Shown: positions 27,162-38,181, numbered from the stretch's first letter. The stretch: DNA of 64,000 bases from an uncultured Clostridia bacterium (GCA_947625435.1 CANQOI010000002.1:1043-65042), one strand, 5' to 3'. Notes: generated by a model from the letters alone, not told the origin. Program-made: numbers and translations.

Positions 27162-27881
27162 TTAAATCGTGCGCAGGGCGACATCCCTGATCACTTCTCC
27201 GGCCATTATAAGTCCCGCCACAGGCGGAACGAACGAATTACTGCCGGGTATCTGCCTGCGCGGGCCGCCGTCTTCGCGATCGCTTTGCCCCGGCGTAAGC
27301 GGCGGTTCTTTTGAATATACGACCTTGAGCTTTTTTATGCCGCGGCGCTTCAGTTCATGCCGCATGACCCTCGCGAGCGGGCAGACAGAAGTGCTGTAAA
27401 TATCGGCCACTTCAAATGCCGTGGGATCCAGCTTATTGCCCGCACCCATAGAGCTTATCACAGGCGTACCCGCCCTTTCGGCGTTTACCGCCAGCGCGAT
27501 CTTACCCGTCACAGTATCAATGGCATCTACTATATAATCATATTCCGAAAGATCAAACTGTCCTTCCGTTTCCGGCGTGTAAAATATCCTGTACCCCCTT
27601 ACTTCGGCATCGGGATTTATGTCGTGTATCCTTTCGGCAGCGGCATCGACCTTATACTGCCCTACCGTTTTAAGCGTCGCATAAATCTGGCGGTTGATAT
27701 TTGAAAGGCTCACTCTGTCGCTGTCAATAAGATCAAGGGCGCCTATTCCGGACCTTGCAAGGGCTTCTGCCGCATAACCGCCTACCCCGCCTATTCCGAA
27801 CACGGCGACGCGTGACGCCGCGAGACGTTCCATTGCCTCTTTGCCGAGCAAAAGCTCTGTTCTTGAAAACTGACCGTTCAT
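27162..27881 (-). CDS. tcdA: tRNA threonylcarbamoyladenosine dehydratase (TcdA/CsdL, ThiF/MoeB E1-like)
   Basis: Rossmann GIGGVGG, SNINRQ and the C-terminal SxxGAG layout of the TcdA family. Confidence 0.8.
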   Translation of the reverse strand: MNGQFSRTELLLGKEAMERLAASRVAVFGIGGVGGYAAEALARSGIGALDLIDSDRVSLSNINRQIYATLKTVGQYKVDAAAERIHDINPDAEVRGYRIFYTPETEGQFDLSEYDYIVDAIDTVTGKIALAVNAERAGTPVISSMGAGNKLDPTAFEVADIYSTSVCPLARVMRHELKRRGIKKLKVVYSKEPPLTPGQSDREDGGPRRQIPGSNSFVPPVAGLIMAGEVIRDVALRTI

Positions 27882-28684
27882 ATTACCTCATTCATACTGC
27901 CCGTGCGGTAGCCCAGCAGATCGAGCGCCGCGTACGCAAAGCCGAAGGATCTGAACTGTTCATATATCTGCTCACGTGTGTCCTCCGCAGCCAGTTTGTA
28001 AAATTCTTCCGGCATTATCTCTATGCGCGCCATATTTCCGTGTATGCGTACTCTGACACTGTGAAATCCCATATCAAGCAGCAGCTGCTCCGCCCTGTCC
28101 ACCATAGACAGCCTTTCCTCTGTTATAGTCTCACCGTATACGAAACGCGATGCAAGGCACGCCATAGACTGCTTGTTCCATGTGGGCAGGCCGAGCTTTT
28201 TTGAAAGCTCCCGTATTTCCGCCTTGTTCAGACCCGCCTCGCGCAGCGGACTCCTTATACCGAGCTCCTTAACGGCTGCAAGTCCGGGACGGTAATCTCC
28301 GTCATCGTCTGTATTTGAGCCCTCCGCCACAACGCTCAAACCGTTCCGGTCGGCTATGTTCAGTATCCTTCCGAACAGCTCACGTTTACAGAGATAGCAG
28401 CGGTTTTTCGGATTCAGGCTGAATCCTTCTGTCTCAAGAGCATCATATCTGCATATTATCTGACGGATACCGTGTGCCTCGCAAAACATTCCGGCTTCTC
28501 TGCATTCCCTTTCGGGAAACAAACACGAATCCACCGTAACGGCCGCAACGCAGTCTCCCAATACCTCATGCGCGGTATAGAGTAAAAATGTCGAATCCAC
28601 GCCGCCTGAAAATGCTACCGCTGCGCTGCCGAAAGACCGCAGATCGTCCTTAAGTTTTTGATATTTTTTCTCAAGCTCAGTCAT
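27878..28684 (-). CDS. PP-loop ATP pyrophosphatase, LarE-like sulfur transferase
   Basis: SGGVDS PP-loop plus a conserved Cys (CYLCKR). ~270 aa. Confidence 0.7.
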   Translation of the reverse strand: MTELEKKYQKLKDDLRSFGSAAVAFSGGVDSTFLLYTAHEVLGDCVAAVTVDSCLFPERECREAGMFCEAHGIRQIICRYDALETEGFSLNPKNRCYLCKRELFGRILNIADRNGLSVVAEGSNTDDDGDYRPGLAAVKELGIRSPLREAGLNKAEIRELSKKLGLPTWNKQSMACLASRFVYGETITEERLSMVDRAEQLLLDMGFHSVRVRIHGNMARIEIMPEEFYKLAAEDTREQIYEQFRSFGFAYAALDLLGYRTGSMNEVI

Positions 28685-28946
28685 ATTTACCCGGAAGCGC
28701 GATCCTCCGTCTTCATGTCACCTCGATCCCGTAATCTCTTGCTCTCATTATACACGAAAATACGAGGGCTTACAAATTGTTTTGCGGTTAAAAAAAGCGA
28801 AAGTCAGTGACGGTATCCGTTTTTTCATTTACTGTCAACTTACGCGTCTTGCACGGCATATGTTATAGCAGAGGACTTGGCGAATGCGGGCAGCAACGAT
28901 CCATCAACTGACAGCTGATAACGAGACGGAAAAGAGGTAGATCAAA

Positions 28947-29774
28947 ATGATGAGAAACGATGTCCTTGCAGACAAGGCTTCAGACGCAGCAAAGAACTAT
29001 AAAACGGTATATGCAAACGGCTTTATCGGTTCACCGCTCACCAATGACAACATAGCGTCAAAAGCAAAGCAGCTCCCGAACTGGTATACAGCCGAAAGGA
29101 TAGCAAAGCTTAAAAGCTTGGTTGGCAAAGGTTATTTCGGATTTGACTGCGTATGCTTCGTAAAATCTCTCCTATGGGGATGGTGTGGGGACGCCTCCGC
29201 GACATACGGCGGCGCCAGATACGAGTCCAACGGCGTGCCCGATATAGGTGAGAATGAGATGATGAACAGGTGCAAAAATATCAGTACGGATTTTAAAAAT
29301 ATACTCCCGGGCGAGTTCCTTTGGATAAACGGACACTGCGGAATATACGTCGGAAACGGTCTGGCAGCCGAGTGCACGACAAAGTGGGACGGCTGCGTGC
29401 AGATCACGGCGGTGGAAAATATCGGAAAGAAAAGCGGTTACAATTCCCGCATGTGGACAAAACACGGGCAGCTGCCCTATGTTGAATATCAACAGCAGAC
29501 GACAGCCTCGGCGCAGCCTGCAAGCCCGCAGACAACACCCGGCAGCAAAGAAGTGAGCATTTCCCTTTTAACACTCAGAAAGGGCGAAAACCGCCTGAAC
29601 CCGCAGATATACACTGCACAGAGACTGTTGAAAGAACTCGGATATTACACGATAGCGATCGACGGCGCTTTCGGTCCCGGAACAGAGGCGGCAGTAATAA
29701 ATTTCCAACGTGCCAAGAAGCTTTCCGCCGACGGCGTGATCGGCAAAGACACATGGACTGCTCTGCTCAAATAA
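28947..29774 (+). CDS. cell-wall hydrolase: N-terminal Cys/His (NlpC/P60- or CHAP-like) domain plus C-terminal PG_binding_1 domain
   Basis: FDCVCFVKS (Cys) and INGHCGIYVG (His). The C-terminal LKELGYYTIAIDGAFGPGTEAAVINFQRA...DGVIGKDTW is a peptidoglycan-binding domain. Confidence 0.55.
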   Translation: MMRNDVLADKASDAAKNYKTVYANGFIGSPLTNDNIASKAKQLPNWYTAERIAKLKSLVGKGYFGFDCVCFVKSLLWGWCGDASATYGGARYESNGVPDIGENEMMNRCKNISTDFKNILPGEFLWINGHCGIYVGNGLAAECTTKWDGCVQITAVENIGKKSGYNSRMWTKHGQLPYVEYQQQTTASAQPASPQTTPGSKEVSISLLTLRKGENRLNPQIYTAQRLLKELGYYTIAIDGAFGPGTEAAVINFQRAKKLSADGVIGKDTWTALLK

Positions 29775-29847
29775 AGGCATGACTGCAAGCTGCAAGCAAA
29801 TAAAAAGTGCCCGAAATCTCACATCTTCTGAGCTTTCGGACACCGTG

Positions 29848-29923
29848 TGGTGCACCTTCAGGGACTCGAACCCTGGGCCCACTGATTAAGAGTCAGTTGC
29901 TCTACCAGCTGAGCTAAAGGTGC
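29848..29923 (-). tRNA. tRNA-Lys (anticodon CTT)
   Basis: Reverse complement GCACCTTTAGCTCAGCTGGTAGAGCAACTGACTCTTAATCAGTGGGCCCAGGGTTCGAGTCCCTGAAGGTGCACCA folds as a canonical cloverleaf (7-bp acceptor, GCTC/GAGC D-stem, ACTGA/TCAGT anticodon stem, loop CTCTTAA, GTTCGAGTC T-loop, encoded CCA). Confidence 0.9.
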
Positions 29924-29951
29924 CAAACTGACTGACCTTGAGGAGTATAAC

Positions 29952-30480
29952 ATGCTCCCGCAGTGCTTGTCAAGAAGTATTTTAAAGAATATCAAGCCTG
30001 CCTCAGGCCTTCTGCTCCGCGGCGAGCTTGCACCTGTTGATGTATTTCATAACGGTAGTGCCCTGAGTCTTTTTAAAACACAACAGAGATATAAGGAGGC
30101 ACTGCGCTTAAAAGAATCGGACGTATGCGTGAGCGGGCAGTACAGCGAAAGCAGACTGGATTTTATAATTAAGAACATAAACGAGATAACAGCCGGCCCT
30201 CCGAAGACATTTTCAGCCGCCCTCCAGCTCGTATGGCTCTGTCACACCGCTTTTATGACGGAGGGACGCTACGCCATGGTGCTTAACCGTATGGATCAGT
30301 ATCTGTACCCGTTTTACAGGCATGATATACAAAGCGGAGGACGATGACTATGGCAGACACAAAGGACATGCGGGACACCGTTCTGCGGCTGGCGAGCAGA
30401 TACAAAACAGACGAAATAAACAGAGCCTTCGCAGACACCGAGGAAGGGCGCAGCATAAAGACTCTGCTCGTAAAATGATC
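29952..30480 (+). pseudogene. remnant of a glycyl-radical enzyme (PFL2/CutC-type) gene: ~130-aa internal fragment followed by a frameshift
   Basis: TFSAALQLVWLCHTAFMTEGRYAMVLNRMDQYLYPFYRHDIQSGG matches the conserved GRE block F-x-EALQ-x-WF-x-H...E-x-NG-x-A-x-S-x-GR-x-DQYLYPYY. No room for the remaining ~650 codons before the convergent ABC gene. Confidence 0.45.
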
Positions 30481-30482
30481 TG

Positions 30483-32495
30483 TTACGTGAGCTCCGCCTT
30501 GCCCGTATAGAGACTGTAATAACGTCCCTTCTGAGCGAGCAGGTCGTCGTGGTCGCCGCGTTCTATTATTTCACCGTGTTCGAGCACCATTATGGCGTTT
30601 GAATTCCTGACGGTGGAAAGCCTGTGGGCGATGACGAATGTAGTCCTTCCCATCATGAGCTTATCCATGCCGTCCTCGATCAGGTGCTCAGTCCTCGTGT
30701 CTATGGACGATGTGGCCTCATCAAGTATTATCACCGGCGGATCGGCAACGGCCGCGCGCGCTATCGACAGCAGCTGGCGCTGTCCCTGCGACAGGTTCAT
30801 GCCGTCCGCCGAGAGCATAGTATCGTATCCGTCGGGAAGACGCTTTATGAAGGAGTGAGCGTTGGCTATCTTGGCGGCGCGCACCACCTCTTCATCCGTG
30901 GCGTCCGGCTTTCCGTATCTGATATTTTCCTTTATAGTCCCGCGGAACAGATGCACGTCCTGTAAAACGATGCCCAGCGTACGCCTCAGGTCATCCTTCT
31001 TTATGTCGCGCACGTCTATCCCGTCGTACGTTATGACGCCGCTCTGTATCTCGTAAAATCTGTTTATGAGATTCGTGATAGTCGTTTTACCCGCTCCTGT
31101 GGAGCCCACGAACGCTATCTTCTGTCCGGGCTTTGCGTAAAGCGACAGGCCGTTTAATACTGTATGTCCCGGAATGTATGCGAATACCACATCCCGGAAG
31201 CGCACGTCCCCGTGCAGCCTTATGAGCTTATCGCCCTCAGGCACCTTCCATGCGGGGAACCTGCCGCTGTCGCTTTTGAAGGTGGACGCGAAATCCTCAA
31301 AAGGATCCCCTTCAACCTCTCTGAGCTCTCCGTTTTCTCCCTCCTCGGCGAGTACAAGGCTCACGTTTCCGCTGTCCTGCTCGGGAATCTCGTCTATGAC
31401 CTCAAATATACGCTCCGCTCCCGCCAGCGCCGAAAGGAGCATGTTCATCTGGTTTGATATCTGAGTTATGGGCTGCGAGAACTGCCGCGTGTATTGGAGG
31501 AACGCCGCTATGTCGCCTATCGTAACGGCCGCGAAGATCCCCCACCCCAAAGGATTCACTATCATGACAGCGCCCACCGTGGCGGTAACTGCATAATGGA
31601 AGTAAGAGAGATTTCCCATTATGGGCATGAGTATCGTGGCAAATGTCTGCGCGTTGACGGCAGAATCCCGCAGGCTCCTGTTCTTCTTTATGAATTCTTC
31701 ATTGGCGGCATTTTCATGGTTGAATACCTTCACTACCTTCTGACCCTGCATCATTTCCTCTATGTAGCCGTCAAGCTCTCCGAGATCCGCCTGCTGCTTT
31801 CTGAAATATTTGGCGCTCCTGCCTCCGACTGCTTTGATTATAAAGAACATGAGTATCAGTATCAGTATGACAAGTATCGTCAGGAACCAATTCAGAACGA
31901 GCATCATCACAAAGGTACCCACAACGGATATCAGCGATGTTATCGTCTGCGACAGGCTCTGCTCGAGCGTGATCGCCACATTGTCCATATCGTTCGTAAA
32001 ACGGCTCATTATCTCCCCGTGAGGATGTCTGTCAAAAAATCCGACGGGCAGATCCTGAATGTGCTCGAAGAGCTCTTTGCGCATCCTGTTCGCTGTCCTC
32101 TGTGCGACGGAGACCATTATACGGCTCGACAGATATGTGCCCACGGCGCCCACGAAATATATGACGGCCATCAAGGCAAGGCTCCTGCCGAGGCTCGAGA
32201 GCACCTGCGCGCGCGCTTCCGAATAGACCATGCCGTTCTTTATAAGATCCGCGAGAGTGCTCGTGAGATTGTTTACGACAGGCTTGAGCATGTATGTCGA
32301 GGCAACGCCCGCCAGAGCGCTCAGCACTATCATGAGCATAGCCAGCATGATAAGAGGCAGATTGCCCGAAAGATATGAGAACATCCTTATGAGTGTCTTT
32401 TTTGTGTTTTTAGGCTTGCGGAATCCGTGATTTCTGGGCCCTCCGCCGGGGCCGCCTCCGGGACCGCCGGGTCCCTTCATATTATTGCCGCTCAT
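30483..32495 (-). CDS. ABC exporter, fused permease/ATPase (type I MDR-like), partner 2 of a heterodimer
   Basis: Six TM helices, then Walker A GSTGAGKTT, signature LSQGQRQLLSIARA and Walker B ILDEATSSID. Gly/Pro-rich N-terminal tail. Confidence 0.85.
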   Translation of the reverse strand: MSGNNMKGPGGPGGGPGGGPRNHGFRKPKNTKKTLIRMFSYLSGNLPLIMLAMLMIVLSALAGVASTYMLKPVVNNLTSTLADLIKNGMVYSEARAQVLSSLGRSLALMAVIYFVGAVGTYLSSRIMVSVAQRTANRMRKELFEHIQDLPVGFFDRHPHGEIMSRFTNDMDNVAITLEQSLSQTITSLISVVGTFVMMLVLNWFLTILVILILILMFFIIKAVGGRSAKYFRKQQADLGELDGYIEEMMQGQKVVKVFNHENAANEEFIKKNRSLRDSAVNAQTFATILMPIMGNLSYFHYAVTATVGAVMIVNPLGWGIFAAVTIGDIAAFLQYTRQFSQPITQISNQMNMLLSALAGAERIFEVIDEIPEQDSGNVSLVLAEEGENGELREVEGDPFEDFASTFKSDSGRFPAWKVPEGDKLIRLHGDVRFRDVVFAYIPGHTVLNGLSLYAKPGQKIAFVGSTGAGKTTITNLINRFYEIQSGVITYDGIDVRDIKKDDLRRTLGIVLQDVHLFRGTIKENIRYGKPDATDEEVVRAAKIANAHSFIKRLPDGYDTMLSADGMNLSQGQRQLLSIARAAVADPPVIILDEATSSIDTRTEHLIEDGMDKLMMGRTTFVIAHRLSTVRNSNAIMVLEHGEIIERGDHDDLLAQKGRYYSLYTGKAELT

Positions 32496-34282
32496 TCAGA
32501 TATCGCCCCTTCCTGCTGCGATGTGTACACATCGCGGTATATCTCGCTCGATTTCATAAGCTCATCGTGCGTGCCTACGTCCGATATCCTGCCGTCATCG
32601 AGTACTATTATCCTGTCCGCATGTAAGATCGAGTTCACTCTCTGAGCTATTATTATCGTTGTTATACCGCTTAGCTCTTCTTCAAACGCCTGCCGTATCT
32701 TTGCGTCCGTAGCCGTGTCAACGGCGCTCGTCGAGTCGTCGAGTATTATTATCTTCGGATGCTTGAGGAGAGCTCTGGCTATGCAGAGTCTCTGCTTCTG
32801 TCCTCCGGACAGGTTGGCGCCGCCCTGACTTAAGTCGGTATCAAGCCCTTCCGGCATTTTACTCACGAAATCCCATGCCTGTGCGTGCTCGCACGCTTTT
32901 TGTATCTCTTCGTCGCCGGCATCCGGATCTCCCCATTTCATGTTGTCGCGGACCGTGCCCGAGAAGAGCGTATTCTTCTGTAATACCATGGATACGGCGT
33001 CATGGAGAGGCTCTATGGCATATTCTCTCACATCTACGCCTCCTACCTTGACAGAGCCCGACGTCACATCGTAAAGACGCGGTATGAGCTGCACGAGCGT
33101 CGTCTTGGCAGAGCCTGTAGAGCCTATAATGCCTATCGTTTCACCCGACTTAATATGAAGATTGATATTCTCAAGTGTATTCTCACCCGAACCGGTGCGG
33201 TAGCGGAATGAAACATTATCAAAATCAATTGCGCCGTTCTCAATCGTTGTGACTGCATTTTCGGGATCCGTTATATCCACCTTGGCGTCCAGCACCTCGA
33301 GCACGCGGGCGCCGGAAGCTCTCGCTCTTGTGAACTGCAAAAAAAGCATCGAGAGCATCATAAGTGACGAAAGTATCTGTGTCACGTACGATACAAGGCT
33401 CAGAAGGTCTCCCGTCTGAAGGGGTCTTCCCGTATAAGCCGGGCCTCCGAAGCCTTCTATGCTCGTATCCACTACTATCCTGCCGCCGAAGAAAAGTATC
33501 GCTATTATACATATGTATACTATGAGCTGCATTATGGGCATGTTCATTATGACGAGCTTTACGGCGCGTATGCCCGTTGCCGTCAGGTCGTCGTTTGAGC
33601 GTTTGAATTTTGCTTTCTCATGCTCGCCGCGCACGAATGATTTCACCACGCGTATGTTCGTGAGATTTTCCTCGACCGATGTATTGAGCCCGTCTATTTT
33701 ATCCTGAAATGCCATGAAGCGCGGGTGCGCCATTTTCATTATGACTATTATGGCTGCCGCGAGAACGGGTATCGCGAAAAGGAACACTACGGCGAGCTCC
33801 GCATGTATTTTAAGCGCCAGCACCAATGCGAATATGAACATGAACGGCGAGCGCACCAGCATCCTCAGACACATCATACCCACCTGCTGCAGGTTGTTCA
33901 CGTCCGTCGTAAGACGCGTTATCAGTGACGGTATGCTGAAATAGTCTATGTTCGAGAATGAGAATGTCTGTATTTTTTTATACAGGTCTTCTCTCAGCTC
34001 CGCGCCGGCGCCCATACCGGCAATTGCCGCAAGCCTGCTGCTGTATGCCCCGCAGAACATGGCTATGAGGGCGACTGCGACCATGAGCCCGCCTATCTTT
34101 AGCACATAATATATGTCGGCCATGCCGAACACGTTTTCTCTCGTTATATCAACTCTGTTAAGTATTTTTGCCATAAGATACGGCATTATGACGTCCCCCA
34201 GCACTTCAAAAAACATAAGCACGGGGCACAGTATGGCCGGGCGCTTATAATTTTTAAAATATGCCACAAGTCTTTTAACCAT
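32492..34282 (-). CDS. ABC exporter, fused permease/ATPase, partner 1
   Basis: TM domain, then GSTGSAKTT, LSGGQKQRLCIARAL and ILDDSTSAVD. 4-nt overlap with the partner gene. Confidence 0.85.
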   Translation of the reverse strand: MVKRLVAYFKNYKRPAILCPVLMFFEVLGDVIMPYLMAKILNRVDITRENVFGMADIYYVLKIGGLMVAVALIAMFCGAYSSRLAAIAGMGAGAELREDLYKKIQTFSFSNIDYFSIPSLITRLTTDVNNLQQVGMMCLRMLVRSPFMFIFALVLALKIHAELAVVFLFAIPVLAAAIIVIMKMAHPRFMAFQDKIDGLNTSVEENLTNIRVVKSFVRGEHEKAKFKRSNDDLTATGIRAVKLVIMNMPIMQLIVYICIIAILFFGGRIVVDTSIEGFGGPAYTGRPLQTGDLLSLVSYVTQILSSLMMLSMLFLQFTRARASGARVLEVLDAKVDITDPENAVTTIENGAIDFDNVSFRYRTGSGENTLENINLHIKSGETIGIIGSTGSAKTTLVQLIPRLYDVTSGSVKVGGVDVREYAIEPLHDAVSMVLQKNTLFSGTVRDNMKWGDPDAGDEEIQKACEHAQAWDFVSKMPEGLDTDLSQGGANLSGGQKQRLCIARALLKHPKIIILDDSTSAVDTATDAKIRQAFEEELSGITTIIIAQRVNSILHADRIIVLDDGRISDVGTHDELMKSSEIYRDVYTSQQEGAISE

Positions 34283-34287
34283 AAATA

Positions 34288-34782
34288 TTATTCACTGCCT
34301 CTCATTTTGTCTATGTTACTCTGTATCCTGTCAAGATACGAAAAAAGCTGCTCTGTTTCGGCATCGGTAAAGCCGTCGAGCATTTTACGGTCCATTTCCA
34401 ACGTCTTGCCGAACGTGTCCCCGAGTACCTCGCGGCCTTTGTCGGTAAGCTTTATCTGATTGCTCCTCGAGTCCTCCTCATACGGGAGCTTCTCTATAAG
34501 GCCCGCCTTGCAGAGTCTTCTGACCGTTGCCGACATGGCCGCAGGCGACGTGTTCATCTCATACGCCAGCTCCTTCTGCGTAGCGCCGTCGTTATGGTCG
34601 ATGGTGCCGAGTATCCTCGGGTGCGTGTAATGCAGACCGTATTTCGAGAGCATGTCGCTTACCGCGTGCATCCTTCCGTGTGAAATATTCCTCATTTTCC
34701 AGTGCAGCATGGCGCCGTTATTTTCCGTTATTTCACGGGGAAGAGAGCTGCTTCTGTCCTTCTCCCTGCATTTGCCGCTCAT
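34288..34782 (-). CDS. MarR-family transcriptional regulator
   Basis: Winged-helix GATQKELAYEMNTSPAAMSATVRRLCKAGLIEK. Upstream of the ABC pair. Confidence 0.8.
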   Translation of the reverse strand: MSGKCREKDRSSSLPREITENNGAMLHWKMRNISHGRMHAVSDMLSKYGLHYTHPRILGTIDHNDGATQKELAYEMNTSPAAMSATVRRLCKAGLIEKLPYEEDSRSNQIKLTDKGREVLGDTFGKTLEMDRKMLDGFTDAETEQLFSYLDRIQSNIDKMRGSE

Positions 34783-35054
34783 TATTTTTGATACCCCCTC
34801 TTTGTAAAATATATGATATGCGTGATACGTGCGTAAAATAAGTTAACCGATTAACTTATTTCGGGTATGGTACTCTAAATATAGAATATTGTCAACCGGT
34901 TAATTATTTTTAATATATGAATAATATATGTACATTTGGCACGCTATGTTTAAAAAGATGTTGACATTCAGGCGTGAAATAAATATACTACTCCGAGTAG
35001 AAAATAATCAGTTCCGAAACGGATCCTACGTTCGGAGCAAAGGGGGTTTTACAC

Positions 35055-35789
35055 ATGAAGAAGTTTATGTCGATCGTGCTTGCTCTTGCGTTATTCACGG
35101 CTGTTTCCGCTCTTCCCGTGTTTGCTGCCGATTATGTGGATTATCTGGATGCAGATTACACGGGCAACTACTGGGACGATCTTTGGATAGATGATGAGCA
35201 TGTTGCGAACAGTCTGCCTGTATCGCCCGATCAGTACATCAGCAACAACGGAGGCCTGATAGACAACTCAGACGGTTCCATAAGCGAGATCTCCGTACGC
35301 GGCTGGGTAGGCTTTACTCAGGAGATCAAGGCTATGGGATACTGCGTAGACGACGGAGATATGGTAGAGGATGCAAATGCATTCGAAGAAGCTCCGGACG
35401 AAGGTATACTCGCCGCTGCCGGTGAATACGGCACACGTTTCAAGATAGTCATTCCCGTAGGCACTATCGCAGGTTCGCACACGATCACTATAGTAGCAAA
35501 GCTTGCCGACGGCACTCTTGTTAAGATCAACAATGAGACTCAGCCGAGCCTGAACATGGTGATCGAATACGAAGGACCCGAAACGGCTCAGGAGCCCGAA
35601 GAGAAGCCGGATGATAATCCGACACAGCAGGAGCCCGATAAGGATCAGGGCAACACCGACAATAACGATACAAAGCCTGACAACTCTCAGACTCCTTCCA
35701 CAGGAGATGCGGACGCAGCCGCTATAGCAGCCGTTCTCGTTCTCGCACTGAGCGCAGCTGTCGTACTTCGCAGAAAGGTTACCGAGTAA
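35055..35789 (+). CDS. secreted acidic protein with a signal peptide and a C-terminal hydrophobic anchor plus RRK tail (sorting-signal-like)
   Basis: MKKFMSIVLALALFTAVSALPVFA signal. Tail ...TPSTGDADAAAIAAVLVLALSAAVVLRRKVTE. RBS aaggggg. Confidence 0.5.
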   Translation: MKKFMSIVLALALFTAVSALPVFAADYVDYLDADYTGNYWDDLWIDDEHVANSLPVSPDQYISNNGGLIDNSDGSISEISVRGWVGFTQEIKAMGYCVDDGDMVEDANAFEEAPDEGILAAAGEYGTRFKIVIPVGTIAGSHTITIVAKLADGTLVKINNETQPSLNMVIEYEGPETAQEPEEKPDDNPTQQEPDKDQGNTDNNDTKPDNSQTPSTGDADAAAIAAVLVLALSAAVVLRRKVTE

Positions 35790-35821
35790 GTTTTTTGCAG
35801 GTACATAAAAAAGTACAGTTT

Positions 35822-35856
35822 TGAAATGGGCCGCCCGCGGGCGGCCCATTTTGTTT
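35822..35856. terminator. bidirectional rho-independent terminator
   Basis: Perfect hairpin aaatgggccgcccg/cgggcggcccattt with flanking T/A runs, between convergent genes. Confidence 0.75.
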
Positions 35857-35866
35857 ACTTTATTTG

Positions 35867-37072
35867 TTATTTCATGACATCGTCGATCCTGACTGCATAT
35901 ACGCTTGTCTGATCCGTATAAATTATGTATCCGTTATAAACCTTATCTACATTGTCCGTTTCAAACCTGACAAATGTTTTACCGACAGGATCCATGACGG
36001 TACACTCGCGGGCGGAGCTGTCAAAAATGATGATCTTACCGCTGTCCGAAAACAATCGGCGCGTGCCCGCCGTGGGATATATTTTACGCGGGATACCGTT
36101 ACCTATGTCGCACATATAAATGTCGCCGAAATTTTCGCTCGTCTGCCATGCCACTGTATCATCATTTATGATATATGCTCTGTAAATACCGCTGTCCGCG
36201 TTTAATTCTCTGACAACGCTCTTATTGTCTGTATCATATACATTCATCTGAGCCGGATAATATTCTTTTATAAACAGCGCCTTATCGCCGTATATATCGG
36301 GAGTGACATATCCGAAATGATCCGCACTGTATAACTCTTTATCGACGGTAAAGCGCTCGCCCGTACTCATACGGAGTACATTTGCAGTAACTCCGCCGGA
36401 TCTCGTAAGCTCATACCACAAAATATTACCCGACGAAATATCGATATCGAGAGGGCTTAAATACGTTTCATCCGGATCCGACTCGGCCACAACGGAGATC
36501 CTATCTTCACTGTCATATTTCATTATCTTCCATGTTACGTTGAGCTCAACGCCGCTGTCAGAATAAGAAGCGCTTATCTGAGCGTCATCAATATCAACAA
36601 GATAATATTGATATTGATTTTCAACCCAATACAGATTTCCGTCCGCAAACAGCGTACAGGCCAATGAGCCGTTGTCCGAGGGCTCATATATCACTTCGGC
36701 GTTTCCGGATCCAAGACTGCATTTTACCATATATGTTTTTCTCGTATATTCCTGCGTCCATATGTCCGGTACATATGTAACGCTCAGGTTGTAATATATA
36801 TCGGTATCCGTTATGACGACGCCGTCTATACTGTATATGTATTCACTGTATCTCTCATATTCGCCTATGATCTCATCTGTGGGCAACGGATAACGGAACA
36901 TATCTATATCGGAAAATTTTTCTGTATATTCCGGTATGCCTATTACGGGAACAAGATCCTTATCAAAACCGTCGGTGGGTCCCGTTATCGATCTGTCCGA
37001 TATATTGCAGCCGGCCGCAACCGCTATGATCATTATCACCGTTATCAGAACGATAGATCTGTAATATTTCAT
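35867..37072 (-). CDS. lipoprotein of unknown function (401 aa)
   Basis: Signal plus lipobox IAVAAGC. Beta-rich repetitive sequence, possibly a propeller. Confidence 0.5.
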   Translation of the reverse strand: MKYYRSIVLITVIMIIAVAAGCNISDRSITGPTDGFDKDLVPVIGIPEYTEKFSDIDMFRYPLPTDEIIGEYERYSEYIYSIDGVVITDTDIYYNLSVTYVPDIWTQEYTRKTYMVKCSLGSGNAEVIYEPSDNGSLACTLFADGNLYWVENQYQYYLVDIDDAQISASYSDSGVELNVTWKIMKYDSEDRISVVAESDPDETYLSPLDIDISSGNILWYELTRSGGVTANVLRMSTGERFTVDKELYSADHFGYVTPDIYGDKALFIKEYYPAQMNVYDTDNKSVVRELNADSGIYRAYIINDDTVAWQTSENFGDIYMCDIGNGIPRKIYPTAGTRRLFSDSGKIIIFDSSARECTVMDPVGKTFVRFETDNVDKVYNGYIIYTDQTSVYAVRIDDVMK

Positions 37073-38181
37073 AATATCAGCATCGCATCCCCGAATGAGA
37101 AAAATCTGAATCTGCTTTCTATCGCCTTTCTGTACGCATCCATTATGAGCTCGCGCCCGGCAAGCGCCGAAACAAGCATGAGAAGCGTTGACTCAGGAAG
37201 GTGAAAATTGGTTATAAGTGCATCCACGAGCTTAAATCTGTAGCCCGGATATATGAAAATTCCCGTCATGCCCGAATAAGGCTTTATATTCCCGTTTTCG
37301 TCCGAGGCGGATTCAAGCACTCTGCACGATGTCGTGCCCACCGCAAACACTCTGCCTCCCGTTTCACGGGCGCCGTTTATCATATCGCATGCCTCATCGG
37401 ATACGGTGTAATACTCACTGTGCATCTCGTGGTCCTCCACTCTCTCCGCCTTGACCGGTCTGAATGTGCCGAGACCCACATGCAGAGTCACATATGCGAT
37501 ACGAACGCCGGCCCCGCGTATTTTACCGAGGAGCTCTTCCGTAAAATGCAGCCCCGCCGTAGGCGCCGCCGCGGAGCCCTTTTCTCTCGCATATACAGTC
37601 TGATACCGTTCGGGGTCATCAAGCTTTTCATGTATATAAGGCGGCAGCGGAACGATTCCTATCTTGTCTATTATCTCCTCGAAAATGCCGTCAAACGTAA
37701 ATCTCACATATCTGTTGCCGCCATCAGCTATGCATATTATCTCCGCACGCAGAAGGCCGTCTCCGAATGTAAAAAACGTACCGGGTCTCGCACGTCTGCC
37801 CGGCTTTAAGATAACCTCCCAATAGCAGCAGCCGGAGCGATCGTCGGTCCTTGCGGGTATCTCACCCGCGCCTTGATCCGAACCCGAGCTCCTCATATGA
37901 TCGGACACATGCCGCTCCGAAACGCTCTTAAGGAGCACGAATTCAATATTCGCGCCGGTCCCCTCTTTTATCCCTAAAAGGCGCGCCGGTATCACGCGCG
38001 TGTCATTCAGCACCAGACAGTCTCCCGGCTTGAGATATTTTAAAATATCGGTAAAATGTTCCTCTTTTATATCCCCGTTTGCTCTGTTTACCACCATAAG
38101 CCGCGATGCCGAACGGTCGGCAAGAGGTGTCTGCGCTATAAGCTCCTCCGGCAGGTCATAATAAAAATCCTTTACGTTCAC
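37069..38181 (-). CDS. queA: S-adenosylmethionine:tRNA ribosyltransferase-isomerase
   Basis: [22 protein letters not shown] and [16 protein letters not shown] are present. Carries a ~30-aa Ser/Gly-rich insertion. Confidence 0.9.
   Translation of the reverse strand: MNVKDFYYDLPEELIAQTPLADRSASRLMVVNRANGDIKEEHFTDILKYLKPGDCLVLNDTRVIPARLLGIKEGTGANIEFVLLKSVSERHVSDHMRSSGSDQGAGEIPARTDDRSGCCYWEVILKPGRRARPGTFFTFGDGLLRAEIICIADGGNRYVRFTFDGIFEEIIDKIGIVPLPPYIHEKLDDPERYQTVYAREKGSAAAPTAGLHFTEELLGKIRGAGVRIAYVTLHVGLGTFRPVKAERVEDHEMHSEYYTVSDEACDMINGARETGGRVFAVGTTSCRVLESASDENGNIKPYSGMTGIFIYPGYRFKLVDALITNFHLPESTLLMLVSALAGRELIMDAYRKAIESRFRFFSFGDAMLIL

Noticed and set aside
28685-28946. c-di-AMP (ydaO) riboswitch upstream of the cell-wall hydrolase
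   Set aside because: The leader is only ~80 nt and lacks the conserved ydaO helices or ACGGGGA/CCCGAA blocks.
31494-32378. 294-aa plus-strand ORF
   Set aside because: Antisense to the ABC exporter. His/Arg-rich junk translation.
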